DNA from: a virus
Virus record (IMG/VR): IMGVR_UViG_3300028192_000001
Location: 1 to 64,000 of that record
DNA: 64,000 nucleotides
Reading direction: 5' to 3' (one strand)
The notes under the pieces are model-generated. The model saw only the letters and a program-made list of their open reading frames with translations. It did no database searches and was not told the DNA's origin. A program made the translations under genes and the position numbers. Within the stretch, counting starts at the first letter, position 1. Every line of letters starts with the position of its first letter. This document shows positions 9,606 through 18,842 of this stretch, piece after piece.

Positions 9606-10221
9606 AATTACAACTTATTGAGACTCGTTCAACTTGAGATTTATATGGATAAACCATATGTTTAAGATCTGATGGAAATAACCATACATCTTTTTCTACA
9701 GGCGTTTGATTAAAATATGTTTCACTAAAATGAATACTTTCACCATATGTCCATTGTATTTTACCGGCAGTTGGTTGATTACTGACTTTACAATGCTCTG
9801 CTTCTAAATTTTCTTGACTTATTTCTTTTGGTACTTTTAAATAAGCAACAAACGATATTATTCCTGCATGAAAATGACTCGGGTTCCATTCTCCGTGTTT
9901 CATGAAATTTACCCATATAGGTTCAACTATTTGTACATCTTGTATTTTTGGTCTTCCAAACTTTTTTATTTTTCTTCGTATTTTAGATTCAGTCATGTAT
10001 GTTTTTGCAAGATTTATAAATTCGTCATGCACAGTACTTTGTTCAGACGATGTAAACTTTAATGCATATCCTTCGGCTATATTTCCTGCAAGATGATTTC
10101 TAAAATCTTGGTCCATATTATAACGTGTAGAGTTTGATACTTTTAATAATATATCAAATACATTATCAGATAAAACCCCTCGCATTAATAAAGGACCAAA
10201 TGGTGTATAAAACTGATTCAT
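9598..10221 (-). CDS. 2OG-Fe(II) oxygenase-like protein (TIGR02466-type)
   Basis: WVN...NPSHFH, SFVAYL, LFPSDLKHMVYP, RVSISCN (HxH...H plus RxS). Confidence 0.75.
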   Translation of the reverse strand: MNQFYTPFGPLLMRGVLSDNVFDILLKVSNSTRYNMDQDFRNHLAGNIAEGYALKFTSSEQSTVHDEFINLAKTYMTESKIRRKIKKFGRPKIQDVQIVEPIWVNFMKHGEWNPSHFHAGIISFVAYLKVPKEISQENLEAEHCKVSNQPTAGKIQWTYGESIHFSETYFNQTPVEKDVWLFPSDLKHMVYPYKSQVERVSISCNFK

Positions 10222-10226
10222 TTACT

Positions 10227-11552
10227 TTAACTCCAAGGAAAAGGACTATTAGAAGTAGGATGTAGTTCACCTTTAATATATCGATTAAATCTAAATGGCT
10301 TAAGAAGTGAATTTTCTTGTCCTAGAATCTCATCTGAAACAAGGTCTCCAACTCCTATCATTTTATAACCGTGGTTAGAGTCAGCAATTATATAAACGTT
10401 TTCACAAAAACGATCAAAGATAGGAAATGAATCTGGTGTGAAACATCCTAGTCCACCTGATGGACCTTTTTCATATAAATTAGCCTTTCCTTCAAACCTC
10501 TTTTGACAATGTGCTAGAGCAGAGGTCCACATATGAGCAAATTCGTATCCAGTTTGATAATGCTTTGAAGCCGTTCCATATGGATCTACTTTGACATCAT
10601 TAAAAAGTTTCTTTACTATATAAGGAGCGGTACCACCTTGTACACCTTTAAAGTTAAAGTCTGGTTTATAATATATGCCCCACATTTCATCTGTAATTAA
10701 AGAACCATCAACACTTGAAAATAAATGAGCATTACTATCTACATGAATTACTGGAGGCATTCCACCATCATTGTTTTTTAATAAATTAGGATCAACACCT
10801 AAAACTCCTTCTTGTAAAAACCAATATATCCACATTGGGTAATCTTTATATGTTTGTCCTTTTTCAGATTTAATTGTAATTTTACTAGGTAGTTCAAGCA
10901 TATTCCAAATATCTCTTACCCAAGGACCAACACCTACAATAACTTGTTCACATTCAATTGTACCTTTAGAAGTTATAACACCTGTTACTGTATTACTATT
11001 ATCCTTTTCAAATCCAATGACTTTTGTATTTGTTATAATTTCTACACCAAGACTTTCTGCTTTACGTGCCAACCCATAAATCGATGGTGTAGCATTTGCA
11101 TATCCACCTCTTTTTTCATGTAACACAGATGTAATACCTTTGGCTTGCCAGTCACTAAAAATAGTTTTCATATATTTCATGCAGTCATCTCTACCCTCAA
11201 TAAATTCTGATTCGTACCCTAATTCTTTTTGTTGTTCGTAAATTGTTGTTATATTTTCTCTCATACTTTCAGGACTTATCTGCATATAACCAATTGGATG
11301 ATAATGAAATGCTTTTGGATCACTCTCCCAAACTTTTACACTATGAGCCATAAGTTCTCTCATAGCAGGTTGGAAATAATTGTTTCGAATTACACCACAA
11401 GCAATACCACTTGCTCCTGAGGCAATATCGCTTTTATCAATAACTACAATATCTTTACCCGATTTAAGTTTTTCTGCTAATTTCCATGCTGTACTTAAAC
11501 CATGTATTCCGGCTCCAATGATTACGTATTTTGCTTTTTTTTGTAATAACAT
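10227..11552 (-). CDS. FAD-dependent oxidoreductase, sarcosine oxidase beta / N-methylglutamate dehydrogenase MgdA-like
   Basis: IIGAGIHGLSTAW, GASGIACGVIRNNYFQPAM, FTPDSFPIFD, DSNHGYKMIGVG, C-terminal SNSPFPWS. Confidence 0.8.
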   Translation of the reverse strand: MLLQKKAKYVIIGAGIHGLSTAWKLAEKLKSGKDIVVIDKSDIASGASGIACGVIRNNYFQPAMRELMAHSVKVWESDPKAFHYHPIGYMQISPESMRENITTIYEQQKELGYESEFIEGRDDCMKYMKTIFSDWQAKGITSVLHEKRGGYANATPSIYGLARKAESLGVEIITNTKVIGFEKDNSNTVTGVITSKGTIECEQVIVGVGPWVRDIWNMLELPSKITIKSEKGQTYKDYPMWIYWFLQEGVLGVDPNLLKNNDGGMPPVIHVDSNAHLFSSVDGSLITDEMWGIYYKPDFNFKGVQGGTAPYIVKKLFNDVKVDPYGTASKHYQTGYEFAHMWTSALAHCQKRFEGKANLYEKGPSGGLGCFTPDSFPIFDRFCENVYIIADSNHGYKMIGVGDLVSDEILGQENSLLKPFRFNRYIKGELHPTSNSPFPWS

Positions 11553-11553
11553 T

Positions 11554-12282
11554 CTAAATATAATTATTTTCTAAATAATCAAATAATTTAATATTTGGTT
11601 TCCACCCTATATTCAATAAAAATTTGATATTTGCTTTATTATTAAGTCTTTCAAAATTATCACCAATTTTATATTCTATATTTTTTAAACCTACATGATC
11701 TACTATATCTGTTAATAAATTAGAATCTCCTGTACCTACATCACAAATGCCTACTAGATTACTACGCAATACTTTTATTATTGCATCACATACATCATTA
11801 ACATGAATAAAATCTCTTGAATGATTAGTATTAATATAACGTACATCATGATTTAATAATTTAGGAATAAACATTGATTCTCTTGCGTTAGGACCATACA
11901 CCGTTGTAAACCTAAGTCCAATACTACTTGCTGGAGCAAGTTTTTCCATGGTCATTTTTGAATATGCATAAGGATTTTTATCTGGTTCTTCAGCAGTACT
12001 AGAACTTGCGTAAATTATTCTTGCGTTTTTATATTTTTCAAATATGCGTAAACTTGCTATAACGTTATTTTGAAAATATGCGTTAGGATGTTTTATACTA
12101 TCGCGTACACCTGAACGCCCTGCTAAATGTATTACTGCATCTACATCGTCAGGTAGTTCACAAGTGAGTAAATCCTGACCGTCTAAAATATCAATAGTAG
12201 TAACATCATAATCCTTTTGTAATTTTGGCAATAAGTTTGAACCAATAAAACCTTTATGACCAGTTAATAATACGTTTTTCAT
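11554..12282 (-). CDS. NAD-dependent NDP-sugar epimerase/dehydratase
   Basis: TGHKGFIG, HLAG, YASSS, YAYSK, RFTTVYGP, RDFIHVND. Confidence 0.85.
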   Translation of the reverse strand: MKNVLLTGHKGFIGSNLLPKLQKDYDVTTIDILDGQDLLTCELPDDVDAVIHLAGRSGVRDSIKHPNAYFQNNVIASLRIFEKYKNARIIYASSSTAEEPDKNPYAYSKMTMEKLAPASSIGLRFTTVYGPNARESMFIPKLLNHDVRYINTNHSRDFIHVNDVCDAIIKVLRSNLVGICDVGTGDSNLLTDIVDHVGLKNIEYKIGDNFERLNNKANIKFLLNIGWKPNIKLFDYLENNYI

Positions 12283-12644
12283 TTATGTCTTGCTCCTTGT
12301 AATACACAAACAAAATATAATTCTTCTTCATCGCTGGGATTATAAACTTTATGAAAAACACCATCTTTTATTAAAACAATGTCTCCAGGTTCAACAGAAA
12401 ATTTATTATCATCTAATTGCATTTTACCTTGTCCGTTAATAAAAAAATAAACTTCCTCCTGTCCTTTATGGTTATGTCCTGTTGTTTCTTTTCCAGGGTT
12501 AAGACGTGTACTACTTAATACTAAATTTTTTAAAGTTATATTATCTTCGACTATATAGCGATCATCTTGTTTTACGATTTTACCATTTACTTGAAATTCT
12601 GGTATTTGTTTAGTGTACCAATTTTTATTACCAGTTATTTTCAT
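12279..12644 (-). CDS. cupin domain protein
   Basis: GHNHKGQEEVYFFING...PGDIVLI..GVFHKVYN. Confidence 0.85.
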   Translation of the reverse strand: MKITGNKNWYTKQIPEFQVNGKIVKQDDRYIVEDNITLKNLVLSSTRLNPGKETTGHNHKGQEEVYFFINGQGKMQLDDNKFSVEPGDIVLIKDGVFHKVYNPSDEEELYFVCVLQGARHK

Positions 12645-14104
12645 TATAATACACTTACTCCATATTTGTAGGTAAATGCATTGGCATCTTCGATATCATT
12701 TACCATGGGCATACCCTTGATATTCAAACTTGTATTCAATAGCATTGGGCACCCAGTTTTCTTTTTCCATGCTTTTAATAACTCATAAAACCCTTCGTTA
12801 TCGTTTTTAGAGACGGTTTGCACCCTAGATGTGTTATCATAGTGTATAATGGCTGGACAGTCTTTACCATGCGTGTACGCCGCTGTAAATTGCATATAGG
12901 GGGTGTTTTTTATAGGGGTTGGGAGTTCAAAGTAGTCATTTACATCTTCTTCTAAGATGGCGGGAGCGAATGGTCTAAACTTCTGTCTTCTCTTAATTCG
13001 GTTTACCATATCCTTAATTTCCACTCCTCTTGGATCAGCCAAAAGCGATCTATTACCAAGTGCTCGTGGTCCGAACTCTGCTTTACCATTTGCAACTCCT
13101 ACTATTTTGTTTTCTGTTAATTCTTTTATAATTGCATCTACAGGATATTCACCTTTAATATTATGTCCTAAGAATGGATTTTTCCAATCTAAATGTTTCT
13201 TTTGCGATGCCGCGATACAACCTAATGAACTTCCTGCATCTCCTGGATTTGGAATAATCCAAATATTATCAAACAAACCCATTTTAGCAAGTCCTGAGTT
13301 TGCTACACAATTTAATGCAACACCACCAACATAAACTAAATTTCTACTACCATACTTAGATGCTTTATGCCATAAATTTGCAAGACATTCTACAAGAACA
13401 GATTGTATTGATGCGGCAAGGTCAACTGGATCTGCTCCGGCGTGCCAATTACCTAATCCTCTATGTAAATTCTTTTTTGATTTAAGAGGATTTTGCTGTA
13501 CAAAATCTTCATATATATCATCTTTATAATCATCGTTTCCATATGCCGCCATACCCATTAAAATATATTCCTCTTCTGCAGGTTTTAATCCACAACGTTG
13601 TGTAAATGCAGAATATAATATTCCTAATGAGTGCGGATACCTTATAGTTTCTTTCCGTTCAATTTTATTTCCTCTTGCAACTGATATAGATACTGTATCC
13701 CATTCACCAATTGCGTCTACTGTAAGAATTACTGCTTCATTAAATGGTGATGTAAAATATCCTGCCGCGGCGTGTGAGTCATGATGCTTAACATATTCAT
13801 CTATTTTAATTCCAAACTTGCCTACATGATGTTGAGGCATTTCTGTATAATCAAAAGCAATACCATATTGTCCAGCATATAATTGTCTTGTTTTCTTTAA
13901 CAAAGGTTTTTCATAATACACTACCTTATCAAATGGTCCAAATGTATTTGCTTCGTTAACAATTTCTTGATTTAAATATTGATCATTTTTAATTTTGGAA
14001 TAACGTTCTGCATGAGCGGCCCATAGAATATCTCCTCCACCGTCAATGTCTACTACTGCCATTGCGGCATCATGATTCATACAATTTATTCCGAGTATTC
14101 TCAT
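12644..14104 (-). CDS. carbamoyltransferase, NodU/CmcH family
   Basis: HDAAMA, ERYSKIK, HHDSHAA, DAIGE, GGVALNC, GDAG, EFGPRALGNRS, FRPFAP, LNTSLN. Confidence 0.92.
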   Translation of the reverse strand: MRILGINCMNHDAAMAVVDIDGGGDILWAAHAERYSKIKNDQYLNQEIVNEANTFGPFDKVVYYEKPLLKKTRQLYAGQYGIAFDYTEMPQHHVGKFGIKIDEYVKHHDSHAAAGYFTSPFNEAVILTVDAIGEWDTVSISVARGNKIERKETIRYPHSLGILYSAFTQRCGLKPAEEEYILMGMAAYGNDDYKDDIYEDFVQQNPLKSKKNLHRGLGNWHAGADPVDLAASIQSVLVECLANLWHKASKYGSRNLVYVGGVALNCVANSGLAKMGLFDNIWIIPNPGDAGSSLGCIAASQKKHLDWKNPFLGHNIKGEYPVDAIIKELTENKIVGVANGKAEFGPRALGNRSLLADPRGVEIKDMVNRIKRRQKFRPFAPAILEEDVNDYFELPTPIKNTPYMQFTAAYTHGKDCPAIIHYDNTSRVQTVSKNDNEGFYELLKAWKKKTGCPMLLNTSLNIKGMPMVNDIEDANAFTYKYGVSVL

Positions 14105-14105
14105 T

Positions 14106-14210
14106 TTACTTGTATATAAACGGGTCTTTCTTCTTTAATTCTTTAATACGTTTTCTATAAGCAATTTCATGCTTTATCTTTGCAAATAAACGTTTTATCC
14201 AATTAAACAT
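14106..14210 (-). CDS. small basic peptide (34 aa) ending DPFIYK (not in ORF track)
   Basis: MFNWIKRLFAKIKHEIAYRKRIKELKKKDPFIYK*; AAAGGAGAG RBS; stop 1 nt before the carbamoyltransferase ATG. Confidence 0.75.
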   Translation of the reverse strand: MFNWIKRLFAKIKHEIAYRKRIKELKKKDPFIYK

Positions 14211-14264
14211 AATTCTCTCCTTTTGTTGTTATTTTATAATATATTTGAGCCGAACACAATATAT

Positions 14265-15374
14265 TTAAACTTCCTTTCTTTTTGGTATCTTACTATCGGC
14301 ACTAGATACACACGATTCGGTAATACATTTCATTGGTTTATTGTATAATTTAAAACCAGTTTCTATATTACCTAATGGTACATCACTACAACTATAACTT
14401 CGTTTAATACTACCATCCGGCTCTCTTATTATAATTCCTTGGTATCCACTATTACATAACCATCCTTTAAATTTATTAAAATTAAATGCGTTAAATCGTT
14501 CTGCTTGATCCATATACCATTTTTTACCTTTACTATCTTTAAACTCTACTTGAAAATGTGCGGGAACTGATATATCATTTTCTTCAATATCATGTGGCAT
14601 TTCAAATTTTGGTTTTGGTCTGGTGACATACTTACGTTTTGATTCTGTATATGCTCTTTGTGGCATTCCGTTATACAACTTATCAAGCATTTCTTTTGAG
14701 TACCCATCTACAACTTTACTTGCAGTAGGATCTGATTGCGGTTTAAGAGTTACATTAATACCTTGTTCATGAAAGAATAAAGCATTGTCATAATACTTGT
14801 TAAATTGTTCTGGTACCATAACCATATTAATTGTTACCTGAACATCATGCTCCTGACAAAGAATTAACTTATCAGCAAAGTCTTGCATTTTTTCTTTGGT
14901 GTCCAAATGCTCTGTATGTAAACTTGCAGTAACTGATGCTCGATGAAATGGTTTTGCATATTCTACATACGTTTTAAACCATTTCATATTTCTAGAACAA
15001 TTACTTGTCATATGTATTGAAGTATAATTTGTACTCTCTACATCATCCGCAAGGTATTTTAAAATATCTAAATACCCAGGGTGAAACGTTGGCTCACCAC
15101 CACTTAAACTAAAATGAAAACTATTAAATCCATTTTGTCTTGCTTGTTTTTTTATTTCATCAATAGTACGAAGACAAAGTTCTGTTGGTCTATGATCTTT
15201 TTTATCTGACCTAGCATATGGCCAACAATAACTGCAACGGTAATTACAAAATCTACCAAGCAACCAACTAACAGTAAACAAATCACGATAAAGTAATGTA
15301 CGTTGACCTACTTGAACAATATCATCAAATGGTATTTTTTTAAAATCATAATCACTCCATTTTAAATTGTTCAT
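14265..15374 (-). CDS. radical SAM protein, C-terminal SPASM/twitch-like domain (class B)
   Basis: CNYRCSYC, SGGEPT, FKGWLC...C...CITESC. Confidence 0.88.
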   Translation of the reverse strand: MNNLKWSDYDFKKIPFDDIVQVGQRTLLYRDLFTVSWLLGRFCNYRCSYCWPYARSDKKDHRPTELCLRTIDEIKKQARQNGFNSFHFSLSGGEPTFHPGYLDILKYLADDVESTNYTSIHMTSNCSRNMKWFKTYVEYAKPFHRASVTASLHTEHLDTKEKMQDFADKLILCQEHDVQVTINMVMVPEQFNKYYDNALFFHEQGINVTLKPQSDPTASKVVDGYSKEMLDKLYNGMPQRAYTESKRKYVTRPKPKFEMPHDIEENDISVPAHFQVEFKDSKGKKWYMDQAERFNAFNFNKFKGWLCNSGYQGIIIREPDGSIKRSYSCSDVPLGNIETGFKLYNKPMKCITESCVSSADSKIPKRKEV

Positions 15375-16537
15375 ATTACTAACCCTTTATACTTCTCATC
15401 TAAATATCTTGTTTGTCGTAAATCCATAGGATCTGTACATCTAAACTTTTCACATATTACTGGTGTGGTTGGTAACTGAACTGACTCATCTAATGTATAA
15501 ATGTTTGCCAATGGGCCTCCTTGAAAACAATTACCAATAAAAATATCTCCATTGGGGGCAACTTTTAATAAGGTTACACCAGCATAACAAGTCCATCCTT
15601 TAAAATTTGTTTTATATTCATAATTCAAACTATTATAATGATATGATTCTTGTTTAATTGTACCATCATCTTGTTCTACATATCCTAACAACCATTTCCT
15701 TTCTTCATTTACATCATCATACATTTTTTGTAATACTTCTCTATCATCTTCGTTATACCAACGTTCTTCTCTTTCATATATCTCGGTAGGTTTACTTGAA
15801 TTTGTTTCATCTGGTGCAACTTTAGTTTTCTGATTTACTTCTTTTACACTTGGTTTAGTTTTCCATCTATAATTTCCTTTGTCTGTTTTAATCTTACTTT
15901 CTGCAACAAACATATCTTTTTGTGGACGAATTACTCTATGTTCAATTTTTTCAATACCCCAATCTTTAAATTGCTGTGTTAGTTCGGCAATCTCTTTTGA
16001 AAACCCTGGCAGTACCATAAATCTAGCAACCAATCTTTTAGGTTGAGTTTGGCCTAACTCCCATCCATATTTGTCTTCGGGTATATTTTTATTCCACCAC
16101 CTTCTCCATCTTTCTAATTCATATGCTTTTTTTGTAAATTCTTCGAGTTTTGGAGTAATATGTTCAAAATGTAAACTGTATGTAATATTATCAACAAGTT
16201 TATACATTGACCACAAGTACTCTATTGTTCTACTACCGTTTGTACAAACAGAAATTTCATATTTTTTATCTTGCAAATACTCTAATAATTTAATAAAGTC
16301 TGGATTAAGTGTTGGCTCACCTCCAGTTAAACTCCAATGAATATTTGTGCCATATCTTTCTACAATTTTATCTACAAAAATTTTCATCTTTTCAAACAAT
16401 ACGTGCTTTGAATAATTGTCGTGTATAAAATCAGCACAATAAGAACAAGCAAAATTACATCTTTTGCCTATATACCAATCTATCATCATGGTATTTCTTT
16501 TATTATGTTTATATTTTGTTGCTACTAATTTCGTCAT
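15371..16537 (-). CDS. radical SAM protein, C-terminal SPASM/twitch-like domain (class B)
   Basis: CNFACSYC, TGGEPT, TNGSR, FKGWTC...C...CEKFRC; start taken as ATG 16537 (MTKLVA). Confidence 0.88.
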   Translation of the reverse strand: MTKLVATKYKHNKRNTMMIDWYIGKRCNFACSYCADFIHDNYSKHVLFEKMKIFVDKIVERYGTNIHWSLTGGEPTLNPDFIKLLEYLQDKKYEISVCTNGSRTIEYLWSMYKLVDNITYSLHFEHITPKLEEFTKKAYELERWRRWWNKNIPEDKYGWELGQTQPKRLVARFMVLPGFSKEIAELTQQFKDWGIEKIEHRVIRPQKDMFVAESKIKTDKGNYRWKTKPSVKEVNQKTKVAPDETNSSKPTEIYEREERWYNEDDREVLQKMYDDVNEERKWLLGYVEQDDGTIKQESYHYNSLNYEYKTNFKGWTCYAGVTLLKVAPNGDIFIGNCFQGGPLANIYTLDESVQLPTTPVICEKFRCTDPMDLRQTRYLDEKYKGLVI

Positions 16538-17552
16538 TATACTTTTCTTTATTCCAATATTCATTTTGATTACAATTATTTGCACACACATCTGGTTTAC
16601 AACTATTCCAATCACTTATTATCTTATTAAAAAACTCATCATCCATTATGGTCTCTAAGGATCTTTGATTTAAATCATTATTAAAATTTACAAAATAAGT
16701 TCTTGCATCTTCTGACTTTCCAATAAATTTTAAATAATCGTCAATAACTTGCCAAGAATGAAAATAACAACAAGGTAATAATTTAAAATCGTGAGTAATA
16801 TACATCATTTTCTTTTTTAGAACTTTACAAGATATTGCTTTTGCAGACTTAATTGCTTCATACCTTACATTTTTTTGTTTAGTAACTGTTGGAACTTCTG
16901 GAACTAATTCTCCTATTCCTTCAGTTTTAATAAAAGTATCTTCCTCAGGAGAGTAATGCCTAACTGATGGCTCCCAAATAAAATTATGAAAACCTAAGTT
17001 GTATGCTAATTTTTTTGCCTCTTCTATTTGATGTTCATTATGTTTAAAAACAATAAATTTCCATTCTGCAATTCCTCCAGCATTAATATATTCTTTTGCA
17101 CTTTGCATAATTTTACTCCATTTTGTTCTAATTCTATAGAGATGATTAGTATCCTCTAACCCATCAATACTAAAGGTTACTGCCGCTTCAGGATACTTCA
17201 TAGATATTTCACCTAAGTCTTTCCAAACTTTAGGTGCTCGTAAACTACCATTTGTATCCAGACATACTGCTTTTAATCTTTCTGCACAATATCTAAATAT
17301 ATCTACTACTTGTGGATTCATTAATGGATCACCACCAACTCCTGCAAAATAAAAAACAACGTTTCTTGGGTCTGGCAATTGTGATACTATTTTTTTAATT
17401 TGATCAAATGTTATATGTCCTTTATCAAATCCTGGTCTTTCTTTATCTGTCCCTAACAACTGTCTTATACATAAAGGACATCTTGCATTACAATGACTTG
17501 AAAGTTCTATTTCAAACTTTTTAACATCTTCTAATTTTTGCCAATTACGCAT
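16509..17552 (-). CDS. radical SAM protein, C-terminal SPASM/twitch domain (class C)
   Basis: CNARCPLC, GDP, TNGS, FSIDGLEDTNHLYR, WKFIVFKHNEHQ, C...PCC...CANNC. Confidence 0.88.
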   Translation of the reverse strand: MRNWQKLEDVKKFEIELSSHCNARCPLCIRQLLGTDKERPGFDKGHITFDQIKKIVSQLPDPRNVVFYFAGVGGDPLMNPQVVDIFRYCAERLKAVCLDTNGSLRAPKVWKDLGEISMKYPEAAVTFSIDGLEDTNHLYRIRTKWSKIMQSAKEYINAGGIAEWKFIVFKHNEHQIEEAKKLAYNLGFHNFIWEPSVRHYSPEEDTFIKTEGIGELVPEVPTVTKQKNVRYEAIKSAKAISCKVLKKKMMYITHDFKLLPCCYFHSWQVIDDYLKFIGKSEDARTYFVNFNNDLNQRSLETIMDDEFFNKIISDWNSCKPDVCANNCNQNEYWNKEKYNDEISSNKI

Positions 17553-18840
17553 CAAATACCTCCTTCAAATGAGGGAATACTTTAAGAACATTTTGTTTTC
17601 TTTTTATATCTAAGACACGTGTATATTCAATTAATTCTTCAAACGATCCTTCGGTTGGTTTTTCTACACTTCTTAATGTTTTCATTAAGATGGAAATCAT
17701 TTCATTTGACATTTTATCTTGTAACGTTCCTACTAAAGGTTTAAGTTTTTCTATTGCTTCTTCTCTCAAGTGCATAGGTACGTGTTCAATTCTCATTAAA
17801 TTTGGATTAGTAACTGGATCCATTCTCCATTTTAAATCTTTTAAATTATTATTTCGAACAAATTCATTGAACCAATTAATTAATCTATGCATAGTACAAC
17901 TATTAAAAACCATTACACTACTTGTTATCCATTGGCTCCAATGTGATCCTAGTTTTTTAGTTAATAATAAATTTTTTTCAAGTAAATCCCATCGGCTTCC
18001 ATACCTAATATAATCATTCTCTTTACGATACGCATCAATTGATATTCCAATCCATCCACTTTTAAATTGGTCCCATAACTCAATGTGTCTTTCTCTTAAA
18101 CTATGAATATTAGTATGCACATGAATATGAATATGTTTATGATGACCCGATTTAACTATCCTTGTTAATAATTTCCACAGTTGCTTATCAACTGTTGGCT
18201 CGCCGCCATGAATTTCGATATATTTTATATCTGGTAACGTCTCCCATAATTGCTTTTTAAAAAATTCGTTATCACCAAGATAGCCATAAGAAGAAAAGGC
18301 TCTTAGTGCTGTTTCTGTTTGTGATTTATATGTTTCAGGTAATTCATTTTTATACTTGGAAAATTCTTCTCTAATTTTACTGCTAGTTTGTGGAATACAC
18401 ATTCTACAAGCAGAATTACAAATACTGCTTAACCTTAATTCCCACCAAGTTGGCAATGTTTTAATATATCCATCATTTGCAACAGCCTCAGCAACCAAAT
18501 GTTTATTATCTTCATAATATTGTGCTATCGCACTAGATCTTTTACTATTGGCTCCCATAGCATCTTCTTGATAACAAGTCTCACAAAATTTAATATATTC
18601 TCCTTTAATCTTTTTCTTTCTAAAATCACGCATAAAATCACTATTCCATATTTCTTTAATAGGATCTTTAGTAAGATTCCAATATTCTCCGCCTTCTTCT
18701 AAAAGATTATCTGCTGTACGACTTTTTTTAATTGGCGTCATGCCCATAACTTGACTACAAGGTTTTACATGACCATTAGGTCTTGTATTCAATGTCATGA
18801 ACGGCAATAAACAGAATTTTTTATTTTTACTATAATCCAT
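17545..18840 (-). CDS. N-terminal twitch domain radical SAM protein (class A)
   Basis: FCLLPF...KPC...CETC, then CNSACRMC, HGGEP, SIDA. Confidence 0.88.
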   Translation of the reverse strand: MDYSKNKKFCLLPFMTLNTRPNGHVKPCSQVMGMTPIKKSRTADNLLEEGGEYWNLTKDPIKEIWNSDFMRDFRKKKIKGEYIKFCETCYQEDAMGANSKRSSAIAQYYEDNKHLVAEAVANDGYIKTLPTWWELRLSSICNSACRMCIPQTSSKIREEFSKYKNELPETYKSQTETALRAFSSYGYLGDNEFFKKQLWETLPDIKYIEIHGGEPTVDKQLWKLLTRIVKSGHHKHIHIHVHTNIHSLRERHIELWDQFKSGWIGISIDAYRKENDYIRYGSRWDLLEKNLLLTKKLGSHWSQWITSSVMVFNSCTMHRLINWFNEFVRNNNLKDLKWRMDPVTNPNLMRIEHVPMHLREEAIEKLKPLVGTLQDKMSNEMISILMKTLRSVEKPTEGSFEELIEYTRVLDIKRKQNVLKVFPHLKEVFDA

Positions 18841-18842
18841 TA

